Assembly: GCA_905178155.1 (NCBI GenBank)
Contig: CAJINV010000011.1
Span: 1,077,982 to 1,141,981 of the forward strand
Source: Amoebophrya sp. A120
Lineage: Eukaryota > Protista > Dinoflagellata
DNA: 64,000 nucleotides
Direction: 5' to 3'
In this document: piece after piece, positions 48,101 through 60,565 of the stretch
How positions within the stretch are numbered: position 1 is the stretch's first letter
Layout of the letters: each line of letters starts with the position of its first letter
The notes under the pieces: model-generated
What the model saw: the letters and a program-made list of their open reading frames with translations, nothing else
Database searches by the model: none
What the model was told of the DNA's origin: nothing
Made by a program: the position numbers and the translations under genes

Positions 48101-48714
48101 GCACTACACACTAGAAATAAAACTTCTTCTCTTCGGTTTCGAAATTCAAGCCTCGAAGATAGAGGGAGCTGTCACTACACGTAAACTGCAGAAGATGCTG
48201 ATGCAAAAAGCCACTGTATGACGACGTACTGCGGACCTAACAAACTGAAGTAAAAGAAGGGCTGTTGCTATACTAAACTTCTCTGATGAAGCAGCCTTTG
48301 AAGATGTAGACGAGCAATTTTTTTCCAAAATACCACATGATCAAGAAAAATGTCCCTGGACAACCAGCACCACGGACAGGGAGCAAATCCGAATCAGATA
48401 AAGGCGCTGCTGCGCCCCTCAAGCAGGGCCGTTGAGTGTTCTCTCTTTGAAGTTATACATCTTTAGTTGTTTTTCTTTTTGTACTTCTTCTATGGTGGAG
48501 TGACGCACGTTTCCTTGAGGCTTCTATCGAGAGATTGCCGTTTTCCGTTTTTGCTTTTTATCATTCCGCGCTTCGGTTGAGATTGTGGCCCGCTGCTGGG
48601 GGTTATATTGAGGACACAACCTGCTCAGGACCCTCTCCCCTCGCACTCGACCGCAGCGGTTAGTTTTGCACTCGCTTGCTTCGACGAGACGGGGTCTAGC
48701 AGACTGTCACAAAA

Positions 48715-49167
48715 ATGTCGGACAAACACACGCATACGGTGATAAATGAAATCCTGCCCAAGGCCGGCCTCGTCTATTCGGAGAAAGGCAACCTGTCGGA
48801 GGTACTGGATGCTGGGGTTCGTTGGGTTCAATTTGAAAACGCGATGTTGCATACTTATTTTCATTTTGAGCAACGAACTGCACTGTGATAGGGATCTGTC
48901 ATCATGAGACAAAAGACGGTAACCCTCAGAGTAACGATGGCATGGCAAATCCAAATCACATCGCAGATTCTTTGCAAGCCGAAGATTATGCCACTCAAAT
49001 CGGCGACGTTGCAGAAGCTCGAGACCGCCGAAAGGAACCTTGAGGAGGCAACAAGGAAAGACAAAAACAGTTCCTGGACCCGGGAAGACTTGCAGCAGCC
49101 CACTGGGGGTGGAGGAGGTGGACAGCGTGGGCCGACCGTCACTTCTGAAGTTATGAGCTTTGACTGA
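48715..49167 (+). CDS. BBIP1: BBSome-interacting protein 1 (BBIP10); intron 48802-48966
   Basis: EILPKAGLVYSE..E|ILCKPKIMPLKSATLQKLE matches the BBIP10 signature; GT-AG intron. Confidence 0.85.
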
Positions 49168-50060
49168 CGAAATCATTATGATGTTTCATCTTCACATGAT
49201 TCAGTCTGTGATGGCCGCGGTTGTTCGAAAGTCTGTTCAGACCAGAAGAAATAGAAGCAGCATAGTCATGCTTACATGATTCGCAACCATCAGCATCATG
49301 TCTTCAGTTCGGCGTGGTGCGGACATGGCGAACAAAGTGCTGTCTTGTTCGCATTGGTCGTCGTGTGGTGAGGACTACGTAAGATAGGACAAGCTTGAAA
49401 TTATCGACTAAGCATGTTTGAAAACCAAAACGAGCCATCGTGAGAGTTGTTGTCGAGAGTCACGAGTCACAAGAAGTAGAGTTCGACCAGGATCTGCGGA
49501 GCGAATCAAGAAAGAGTGATGTTATTTCGTTAGGTGCACCATATCGCTCTTCAGAATGTCGTGCGGCCTGTAATGCAAAATGAAAATCAATATTGTCTTT
49601 GTCAGGCTCTCGGTCGTTGTGTCACCCGCTAAACTCCTGACAGATTAGGAAAGGGCCCTAAGCGCCCACTTCTACAAAGAATTGAAACGATAAGTGTCAC
49701 GCAACGTTGTACCAGTTGACATCGAATAAGTTGGAGCTGCAAATCAAAATTTTCGTCTCGTATCGTTAAAGATTTGCTTTTCACAACTAATTAGTAGTGC
49801 CTCAATCAAAGAAGCAAAAGTATAAGTTGGTTGATAATACTAGAACTCAAAAGATTTATCTGTATTGGTCGCTCTTTTTTTGAAAAGATCTATCAGCGCC
49901 CTCTCTCTAAATTTACCATGTACAACAACTGGTGGTCGAGATCGTGCTGTTCCTGCATCGTCTAGCCAAGGACGCCAAAGCCGGTTGGCGTGAAGCTGAA
50001 GACCACTGCATGAATCAAGCTCGTCATTGATTCGTCGAGTCCCTCGAAAAAGAAATCACT

Positions 50061-53000
50061 ATGAACCGCCGGGCGCAGGCCAAGCAGCGGGTGGAGGCCA
50101 AGACGAAAACAACCGCTTCCACCTCGCCCGAGAAACTACCCGCTAGTGCTGGCGGTCAAGAACCACCTCCTGCGGCCGAAGCTGCACAGCTCTCTTCAGC
50201 TGCCCCAGCCGAGGACAATAAACCTCCAGGAGATGACACCACCGGGGAAGGGGCTCCAACCGCGCCCGCGGAAGAGGTGGACCAGCACGTGAAAATACCT
50301 GCCGATGGTCCAACCACTGCAGCTGCATCAACAGGCGATGAAAAGGTCCAGTCCGCGGAGCAGGGGAAACTACACGAAGATTCCGCCTTACCGGGAGATC
50401 AACCTCCTGAGGAAAACAACAACGCCGAAGATGATGAAGATCAGTCGCCCGTCGAGAAGCTGGACACCCGGCAGCAATTCCGGGCGAAATTTAAAACCCG
50501 CGAAGAATTCATTGAAGCGCGGAACCGGCAGCGGCAGGAGGCGAAGCTGTCCAAAATCACCGAGGACGGAGAGCTGGTTCCCTGGCGCACCGCCACGCCC
50601 GAGCGGATCGGGCGGGCGAGTCAGGCGATCGGCCTGCAGTTGTACTTCATGTTCTTAAAAGGCAGCGTATCCACAGTAAATTTCCCGTAAACGTACAACT
50701 ACAAATGCGATTTCTGCATGACAAAACTTGCCGTCAATCCTATTCAGCATGACAAGCGACACACTCTGCTACATTGGCGAAATTTGTCATGCATTTTGTA
50801 CCTGTTGTACAGGAAGTTTGTATTGTATACATCGCTAAGTGGCTCGCGATCTGGGTGTTGCTGGTTTCCCCGATTCTGTACATCGCGATGCAAGACGATT
50901 CCCCGGACGACGAAACACTGGAGGTGGGCGGACTGGCACTGTTTTCCCTCGCGAGCTTCGGCGAGCAGTCCGACAAGACGAAGTCCGGCGGGACAAGGCG
51001 CGTCACGATTTTCGGCACGCAATACCGCATGGCCGACGTCACACCGGTGCTGTCCTGGCTGGCGGCCGCCGGAGCGTTCTTCTACTTCATTTTCTGCGTC
51101 TATTTCGAAAAGCGGGTGGTGGCTTCCGCGGAGGAGGAGCTCGATAAGCAGGCGGTAACGCCCGGGGATTTTACGGTCATGGTGGATTTCATTCCCTACG
51201 AGCTCTTTGAAAACGGCCGGACCGCGGACGCCGGTTTTTCCCAGGTCGCGCCGGAATACAGTCTAGGGGCAGGAGGAGACGAAATCACCGAGGGAGATAA
51301 TGTAGTACGCGAAGACGCCGGTGGTCATCAAGGTCATCCAGCAAAAAATCTGAAGAGGCGCTCGTTTACGCGAGAACGGTGGGCGACGTTCCAGTTCGGA
51401 GCGGGAATCGGAAAGGGAATCAACAGCAATGCAAAGGGAGCAGATGCAGGACCTGGCGCAACGAAGAAGAAGTACTCTCCAACGGACCAAGACGAGCAGC
51501 AAGATGGACAACCAGACAAAGGCTCACCGCACCAGGCAGCGAACAAAGACTCCGCTCCGGCCGGAAGTTTCGAGTTTGCTGGTACTACGAAGCAGGACAC
51601 GAAGTTGACTACAGCGAGCACGAACGGAGGTAAGGAGTCGAACGTGGACGTCGCCAGCATGGCCGCGAACATGAGCGGAGATGCAGAACAAGAAGTAACT
51701 ACACCCCCGGAGGACCAGCAGACGGATGAAAAGGAAAACAACAAGCTGAACAGCTCTATACGCACGTCGATTTCCTCCCTAGACAGCGACATCGACATCT
51801 ATTTCTTGAAAATTAACCATCCCCATTCAATTTGTCATGCAAAACACGCACACAGTCCTTTGTTTGTCATGCACAAAATGGATGGGGATGGTTAATTTTC
51901 ACTGAATAACATCGTCCCGCCGCCCACCAACCCCTTCCACCGCGAGAGGTACGCGCTCGAGTTGAAGGCGCATTTTGAAAACCTCCTCGTGCAAGAAAGG
52001 AGAAAGCGGCAGGAGGAGGGGTTTTTCACCCCACCGTTGGACCTTGGTCCGCCCACGGTTTGCGATGTGAGCCTGGCCCGGGACTGGAACGGGTCGCTGC
52101 TGCAGTGCAAACTGCAGGCGGAGCTGGAGCAACAGATCCGGGACGCCGAGCAGGACGGGATTCTGTCGGAGAAAAAGATCGAGAAGTTGCGGAAAAAGCT
52201 GAAAAAGATGAACGCGAAGCAGAAGGAGTCCGGCGCACACAAAATTCACCCGAACACACGCTACGTCATGCGGGCGTACGTGACGTTCCAGCTGTCCTAC
52301 GATAAGGAGCTGTGCGAGTACCTCTACGCGAAGTCTATGAATCACTTCTGGCGTTTAGTTCTCCAAGCGAACGAAAAGCGGTTTTACACAAGGCCGCTGC
52401 GGGTTCTTCCTGCCCCGGAGCCGACCAACATTCTGTGGGAAAACCAGGACCTGATGCTGAAGGAGTACTTGCTGAAGAAAATGGCGGTTTTTCTCCTCAC
52501 GATCTTCATCCTTGGTGCCTGCGCGGTCGGGGTGTTGCAAACCAAAGTCGCCGCCGACAACATGGCGGAGGACAGTTCTTCCGACGTCTGCGCTGACCCG
52601 GTCATGATGAACACGGCGCCAACGGGGAGTACCGAAGAACCCCAAACCATCCCGTTTTCGGAACAGGTCGCCCGGGAATTTCTCACCAACGTGACCACTC
52701 TCCACGCCTCCGGTTCGGGATCCCAGTACGGCCCGGGCTTCACCGCGTGCCAGTGCGACAGCATGGGATTGGGCACGTTGGTGCAGGACAGTGAACTGCG
52801 GGATGCGTGTGAGACGTACTTCTACGACACGATTGCAGTGATTCTGCTGGGTGTCGCGATGTCCTTGGTGGTTGTCGTGTTGAACATCGTGTTAAAGAAC
52901 ATCCTGCTCGGGATCACCTCCTGGGAGCGACCGGCGACAATTTCACTGCTGGAAAAGGGGTGCGTGACGAAGGTCTTCCTGGCGCAGTTCGTCAACACGG

Positions 53001-54238
53001 CGTTAATTATCATCCTGTTGAACGCCAAGCCGTTTCGGGACGTGTCGATGAACCTGACGAAGGGTGATTACAACGACTATTCGCACCGGTGGTACGCCAC
53101 CGTCGGCGCCGCGATTGCGTTGACTCTCGCGATCAACGTGTTTTCCCCGCACGGCATCGACGTGGCGAAATCGGGGCTGCAAAGGCTGAAGATCTCCTGT
53201 TTGGCGAACTGCTGCGCCCGGTCGGAGCAGGATCTGCAGGGTATCTTCAAGCCCCCGGCGTTTGAGTACAGCGCACGGTGTGGTGCGGTGTTGAACACGC
53301 TGTTTACGACTTTGCTCTTCGCTCCCGGAATGCCATTGATCTTGCTCTTCGCGCTGGGAAATTTTCTCCTCTGCTATCTCGCCGATAAGTTCCTGGTTTT
53401 ATCCTTCTGCAAGCGGCCCCCCAGCTACGACGAAAAGGTGATCAAGACCATGATTAGCTGGCTCCCCTACGCGTTTCTACTCCACGCGGTGATGGGGGTC
53501 TGGATGCTGGGGAACCAGGAAGTGTTTCCGTCGGATCGCGTTTCCGTGTTTGAGTCGACCAGCGGCAGCGTGTTCAGCGTGTTCGTGAAGGACGTGCTGG
53601 GGGTCACTTTGAACGGAGGTGGTGTTGCTACAACTACGTCGGACGACGGTGGCAGTGCAACATCAAGCGGATCTTCATCTAGTACCTCAGACACAACATC
53701 AACCGCAGCACAAGAGGAGGACGTGTACACCGCAAGCACTTTGTTCTCCACCTTTATCGACCGCGGGACCAGACGAGCGGGGTTGCCGTTCCTCTGCCTC
53801 TTTTTGTTGATCTTCTACTACTTCGTCTTCTCTTTCGTGAATTTGCTGCTGCGCAATCTCCTCGGGATCTTCTGCAACGCGTTCGCAGAGGCGATGTTCA
53901 AACCCTCCGGCCACGGGGCGGAGTCAAAGGTGTCCCGCACGGGTTTCGCGGAAGATGAGACCACCTTCATGGAGCAGGTGGAATTGTGGCGGAAGGCGAA
54001 AATCTGCCCGGGGTACCAGCTGAAAGACCACCCGGAGTGGGAAAGTTTGTTGAAGGGATTCGTGGAGGACGCGAGCTTGTTTGATAAAGGAAAAGGAAGA
54101 AAAGTTTTGGATGAGGAGGGATTGGAAAAGGATATTGAGGTGGCGACACTGGAAACGGCAGACTTTTTTGAGGACGATGAGGAAATCTATGAAGATTTTT
54201 ACTCCTCCGAAGACTTGACGTCGATTGATGACGAATAA
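50061..54238 (+). CDS. CSC1/OSCA/TMEM63-like multi-pass cation channel; two non-canonical introns
   Basis: IGLQLYFMFLK; DFTVMV; APEPTNILWEN; KVFLAQFVNT; WYATVG; LFAPGMP; many transmembrane helices. Confidence 0.82.
50661..50828. mobile_element. TIR introner (exact borders uncertain)
   Basis: Imperfect TIR; three GCATGACAA/TTGTCATGC motifs; frame change between ORFs 50061 and 50774. Confidence 0.7.
51800..51913. mobile_element. TIR/direct-repeat introner, 114 nt
   Basis: ACATC direct repeat; perfect 18-bp TIR GAAAATTAACCATCCCCA/TGGGGATGGTTAATTTTC; removal deletes stops in frame. Confidence 0.88.
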
Positions 54239-55013
54239 CACGAGGAGCGACTTCTTCAAGATGTGCTGCCTTGTTTCTCCCACGCCGGGCACGAGCTGCA
54301 GCCATTTTGCGGTAATATCTGCTGCCAGTTGTATTTGAGAAAGAGAACTTTTGAACCACCTTAAGAATACTGACCATTTGCTTTTGGCTTGGTGATGCTG
54401 ATGAACTGTTGGAACTTTCATCTGCAAGGAACTTTATTTTTCCAAGGGAAGGGAATGCCACCACCATTCTAGGGAAGAGCTGCCTGAACGGATATGGATG
54501 ATTACCAAAATATAACGAACGCAAAATGCGAGATGATATCGGCTTTGATCATGATATCAGTACAAATTGCGTCACTTCATTTCATCGCGACACAGGGCCT
54601 GTTTTTCTCACCTTTGCCAAAAACAAACACCTTGAAGAACTCAGATCAGGCTTGAGCCGCGCGAAGAAACTTTCGGTCTGCATTGAAATTGATTGTCTCG
54701 AAATCGGTCGTCTCGGTGCTCGATCATTTATCATTTGTTCCTCTGCCTTTAACATTGAGCGATCGCTTCCTCTCTGGTGCCTTTGCTCGTCAAAACTCGC
54801 AGCAGCGGTAATAATACGAAAAAACTTGATCGCAGCTACCCATTTTTATCCTAGTTGTGCGACAAGAACCTCTTTCTTCGTCGGTTTCCTCACCCCGCCC
54901 TCCCCGGTATACATAGATACGCCTCGTTGCACAAGCTCGCGCATCAGTATCCAACACGGATTGACATTGTACTTTTTTTCTTAGCTTCTACAGCCCAGCA
55001 ACATGTTGCTTAC

Positions 55014-55727
55014 ATGACGAACGTCACCTCTATTAGTATGGCATCAGCGTCGGCTGATGGGCGTGCTGATGTCGCACACGGCAGTACTGGTAGCACTTCC
55101 AAGTCCGTTGCATCTACGCAACTCGGATCGGGCGGCAATAATTTGGATTTCGCGCCAACAAGATCAGCCGCATTACCTGCCGGAGTCGGTACAACTGAAC
55201 GAGAACGGCCGGTCTGCGGCGACTGCTTCCAGACCCCCGCAAAACTAAAGCCGCTATCTTCTTTCGAAGAGCGCCTGGCGAAGGCCCGCAGTCAGATCAG
55301 CAACACCCTCTCCGACCTGAGCGATAGCAAGTCGCAGATCGAACTCGCGCGGGAGAACCAGAAAAAGTTGCCACAAATCTTGGACGACCTGGAGCAGATC
55401 GCGTTTGAAGCGAAAAACCACTACGATTTTAAGCAGGGGAAGGTGTTGGACAGCCTGATGCAGATGACGCTGTTTGGAACGAACGAGCGCTTCGCAGGAC
55501 TGGAGGACGACGATTTCGTGGAGCCCAACAGCGGGGATCCTCATCATCATGGGTTCTCAAATAGCAGCGACCCTGCAGGTGGAGCGATAGCTTCATCTAG
55601 TTCCATGCTAGCAGGCGGGCAGAACGCAGCAAGTGGCATTCTGAAAGCGGGCGAGAGTAGTTCGGCAGGATCATCAGGAGCTGTAAAGAAAAAATCGAAG
55701 CTGCAAAAGCTCAGCTTTGCAGACTGA
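55014..55727 (+). CDS. Hypothetical coiled-coil protein (start uncertain)
   Basis: Coding-like 3' part of ORF 54855..55727; its C-terminal half is conserved in the duplicate. Confidence 0.6.
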   Translation: MTNVTSISMASASADGRADVAHGSTGSTSKSVASTQLGSGGNNLDFAPTRSAALPAGVGTTERERPVCGDCFQTPAKLKPLSSFEERLAKARSQISNTLSDLSDSKSQIELARENQKKLPQILDDLEQIAFEAKNHYDFKQGKVLDSLMQMTLFGTNERFAGLEDDDFVEPNSGDPHHHGFSNSSDPAGGAIASSSSMLAGGQNAASGILKAGESSSAGSSGAVKKKSKLQKLSFAD

Positions 55728-58278
55728 TAGATGAAGAGAACAACTCCTATGTTGAACTGGTTTCTGTATCTGTTTCGAGATGTTGTGGCTCTCGGCACAT
55801 TCAGATTATATCAACCTGTTCCCACGTTCATAAAAAACGACAGAAAGTAGAGTAAAGTCCGAGAGTCGGGATCCGGGAAAAGCGCCAGTGTGTGTGTTCC
55901 TTCGGCAACATCGAATATTTTTACCGTGGTACAACTACAACTTTTCATTTAGAACAGCAGGACGAGGTTTCTCCGTAGATCGTTCGTGAGTTGGTGCAGT
56001 CTCAATACATCCTCTTTGTCGTTTGTCTTTGTTTTTTTACACATACCAGGAGAAGGAGTACTTGAAGGAAATTCAAATTGATATAATGCATGGAAACCTG
56101 CCCTAGCTGGACCAACATCGTCTTATCGTCTTATGTTTCCGTTTTCCTCGTGCCTACGTTTTTCTTTTTTCGCGCACAGTGGAAACAGTTTCTTTCGTTG
56201 CTTCTTCGTTCTGAACGAAAAAGCACGACGTGAAAGGAAAACTTTTAATCGTGCAAAAAATGCAACCCTTTCGTGCTGATAATGGATACGTACGTACGTT
56301 CGTGCTCGCAATCGTACTTCTACCAGCAGCTCGCGACTTCATGTATTCTTACGGAGCTCGCTATTGCTTTTACTACTGCTCGACCGTGATCACTCCAGAA
56401 GTTTCTGTTTCGCTCTGTATAAAAATTGATTTGGCCTGTGCAATCCCTCTTGGACCAATTTGAAGTAGATTTGAGTTCTTTCATAATCCGCCTGCTTGTA
56501 CTCCTTACATGGTAGTACCTGAAACAGACACAGCTGCATCCTTTTTCTTGATTTCAACATCGTAGGTAATTGGCCAGAATATTCTCTCTCGTCGCAACTC
56601 AACAGGCAACTGCAATTCCCAAACTGAAACTTTTTTTTGTGTCCATCCGCCAGGTAGAATACGAATACCCCAGTTCTTGCGGACATTAAAACTTTTCTTT
56701 AGAAGGAAGTTGAAGCAAGGTGCTGGCAATTAAAAACTTACCTCACGCGCAACCAGCAGACACGGTTTGATAAAGCTTAAGCTTTCCTTTCGGTGAGGCA
56801 GACTCCTGTTTAGAACAGGATGCTGAAGAAAGCCATGATCGTCGCTACCACCATCCCCAGAAAAAGTTGCCACAAATCTTGGACGACCTGGAGCAGATCG
56901 CGTTTGAAGCAAAGAACCACTACGAGTTTAAGCAGGGGAAGGTTTTGGACAGCCTGATGCAGATGACGCTGTTTGGAACGAACGAGCGCTTCGCAGGACT
57001 GGATGACGACGATTTTGTGGAGCCCAACAGCGGGGATCCACCTCGCGATCATATTAGGTCCGCAAATAGCACCGGTTCATCTAGTTCCATGCTAGCAGGC
57101 GAACACAACCACACGGCAAGTAGCGGCATTCTGAAATCAGGCGAGAGTAGTTCCGCAGGATCATCAGGAGCTGTAAAGAAAAAATCGAAGCTGCAAAAGC
57201 TCAGCTTTGCAGACTGATAGACTGATAGAAGAGAACAAGAACTCGCAACATGTTGAACTGGCCTCTGTTTCCGTTTCGAGATCATGTTGTGGTTCTCGGC
57301 ACATTTTCACTCAGATTCCATGCCTCTGTTCCGAGGTGGATAAAAAACGACAAAAAGAAGAGATTCCAAGACGAGTCGGGAACCGGGAAAAACGCAGTGT
57401 GTGTGTGTTCCTTCGGCAACATCGAATATTTTTACGTTTACCGTGGTACGACTACAACTTTTCATTTAGAATAGCAGGACGAGGTTTCTCTGCAGATCGC
57501 TCGTGACTTGTTGCAGTCTCAATACATCCTGCTTGTCGTTTGTCTTTGTTTTACATATTATACCAGGAGACGGAGTACTTGAACAAAATTCAAATTGATA
57601 TAATGCATTGAAACCTGACCTAGGTGGAGGTGGACCAACATCGTCTTAAGTATGTAGTTTTCGTCCTCGTGCCTACGCTTTTTCGCGCACAGTGGACACA
57701 GTTTCTTTCGTTGCTTCCTCGTTCATGGGCACCACGACGTTAAAGGCAAAATTGGAATCGTGCAAAAAATGCAACCCTTTCGTGCTGATAATGGATACGT
57801 ACGTATGTACGTGCTCGCAATCGTATTTATACCAGCAGCTCGCGATTATAAAAAATTGATTCCGCCTCCTGCGCAATCGCAATCCCTCTTGGACCGATTT
57901 GAAGATTTGACTTTCATAATCCGCCTGCTTGTATTGCTTCCTTGCATGGTAGTACCTGAAACAGACACAGTTGCATCCTTTTTCTTGATGTCAACATTGT
58001 ACGGTAAAAATTGGCCTGAGTATTCTCTTTCGTCACATCGACTCAACAGGCAACTACAGTGAGTTCCCAAACTTTTTTTTGTGTCCATCCGCCAGGTAGA
58101 ATCAATACCCCAGTTGCGGACATTAAAACTTTTCTTTAGAAGGAAGCTGAAGCAAGGTACCAACTAACAACTTACCTCAAGCGCAACCGGTCGGATAAGG
58201 CTTTCCTTTCGGTGAGGCAGACTCCTGTTTAGAACAGGATGCTGAAGAAAGCCATGATCGTCGCTACCATCATCCCCC
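55358..58278 (+). repeat. Diverged tandem duplication (55358-56856 and 56857-58278)
   Basis: Colinear similarity throughout; junction ..CCATCC[CC]AGAAAAAG; a further partial, more diverged copy lies at ~60097-60305. Confidence 0.9.
56857..57217 (+). pseudogene. 5'-truncated duplicate of the 55014-55727 gene
   Basis: QKKLPQILDDLEQ..KLQKLSFAD* copy starting at the duplication junction. Confidence 0.6.
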
Positions 58279-60565
58279 TGGGCTCGGGGGCGGGCGTTTC
58301 CGGGGCGAAGACGAAGAAGAAGGGGCGCATGACGACGACACATTTCTGGAGCGGGAAGGAAACGGCGCCGAATGGCTTCATGGAAACTGCTAGTCTGCGG
58401 AACACCCGAGAACATGATGGAACGGGCGCTGCTCATTCTTCGTGTGTGAAAACCTGCAAAACGGGCTTGTGGGCGGCAATCAGTTATGGTGTTGGGTCCG
58501 TACAAAACAAGGACACTCTATGGAAGCGTCATATTGGAAATTCACAAAAAGGAAAGAATTTCTTGGATAGGCATGAAATGCGACGAGGAATAAACAAGTT
58601 GTGCCTGTGGTCCACAACTCCCTTGCAATAGAGAAGGCAAGCGAGCAGGCCGATGACCGGGGCGTCCGGGGTTACCTAGAGTGCGGCAAAACAAGTCTTC
58701 CTGGTGGCCCCAGACAGCATCACAAGTTGGATTTGGGTGCTTTTGCAGTTTGATTGTCATGCGATGCTTAGAAACTGGAACTGCGTTGCCCATCTCTTTG
58801 ATGCGTGGCAAATCCTTTCCTGGCTATCGATTTCCAACCTGACCCTTCCACACACTTTATGCCAAGATTGCTGCGGATTCGATGGCCCGCATTGCGCCGA
58901 GCAAATACTGAGCCAACTTTCTGCGTGTCAGGACTACAGCGAAAATTATGCCCCTGTTGTGAAAAAAGCCAATCTGGTGGAAGAGGAAAAGCTCCCGGCC
59001 TTCAAAAAAGAATGAAACAAGTGTTGCGACAGAGAGAGTGAGCAGCCAGCGTCGCCCAAGCAATCACACGGACACGCACAAGCAGTCTACTCGTTGGATA
59101 AGATTCGTGGAGCATTCTGTGCCCAGCGGGCATTGAGGGAGGTGTCGGCATGAATTTATTTTACACGAGCTTGCACAAGTTGTAAAGGAGTTTTTTCCTC
59201 ACGCAAGTAAGTCATCAACAAATACAAATCTATCTATTGTGGGGTTGTTTTTCATCCATATCGTTTTGGTATCTACTACAAAAAGAATTGAAAAGTTTAA
59301 GTTATCGAAAAATCACCACGCCTGTTCCCCGCTTAGTTTCTGTATTTCTTTGTTCTAACATCATTGTTTTTTTAGCGCGCTTTGTCATATCTTGGTCATC
59401 AACATTTCTAAATGAGCATCCTCTTCTTCTCATATCAAAAATAAGGTTGTTCCACTCTGTCTCTGTCTTCTCTCCCGCAAGGATGATCTTCACGAATCGT
59501 TTGATGGACTTGTTGATGCAGCTACGCACCTGAGGCAATCGTGTCGGGGCCGCGTGGTCATCGAGTCTACACTAGCATAGCCTGCTCTTTACTTCATCTA
59601 AGTTTAACCACTGTAGTAGAACAAAGGTTTTCTCTAGGACCGCGTATCCTGCTCCCGTGGACGAATTCTTTGCATTCCGTGAAGCGCGGCGAAAGATCTT
59701 ACCAGCACTGTTCTGACGACTTCGAGTTCAACTTCTTTTTTGCGACACCAGAACATGATGCACATGGGATTTTTAAATAAATCACCTTCTTCACAACGCT
59801 GCAGAAGCTTCTTAGGAGGCGGTTGTTTTACGAGTTGGATGGGGTTTCTTATGCCGCAGGTTGTTGTTTCGTGTTTTCGTGCTGGTTCTTGATCAACGGC
59901 GATGTGGAGAATGATTGTGTAGATTTTAGGTTCTAAAAGTCTAGTTAAAACTTGCTCAGTCGTAATCGTGTAACTGTATTACTGGCACAGTTCTCGAAAA
60001 TCAAGATACTAATACATTTACTTTGTAGTTCTAACTGTCGGAGTACCTCAAGAAAATTGATAAGTGCAATGAATAAACCAGTTGTGCAAGCTGGAACAAC
60101 ATCTTCGTCGTATGTTTTCGTTTCCGTACCTACGTTTTTTTCACACACAGCGAAAAGAGATACTCTCGCTGCTTCTTCGTTCATGGGCACCACGTCGGAG
60201 GATGTTGAAAAGATGAACTCTATATCGTGCAAAAAATGGAATTTTTTCGTGCCGATAATGGAACCGTTCGCTCTCGCAAACGTACTTCTACCAGCAGCTT
60301 GCGACTCCGTGTACGTATGGAGCTGATTCACCTTGCTTATGAAGTCTTCTGGTGCAACTCACTACAGAGACGGACTACAATACGAAGATCAAGATCATTC
60401 TCATTAACTACGGCTACAGGCTTGAAGAAAAAGAAAATTCAGTTTCCACCCACTTGATCAGTAGTAGATACCAACGAAAAATATTCATGTTCATCTACAT
60501 CAACTTCGCAAAACTTTTTTTCCATTCTCAGGCTAATTCTGGTTTAACTTTAAAATTTATCTAAG

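Noticed and set aside
58239-59015. Gene at 58239
   Set aside because: Short ORFs interrupted by stops and with no recognisable domain; possibly a decayed gene, but unsupported.
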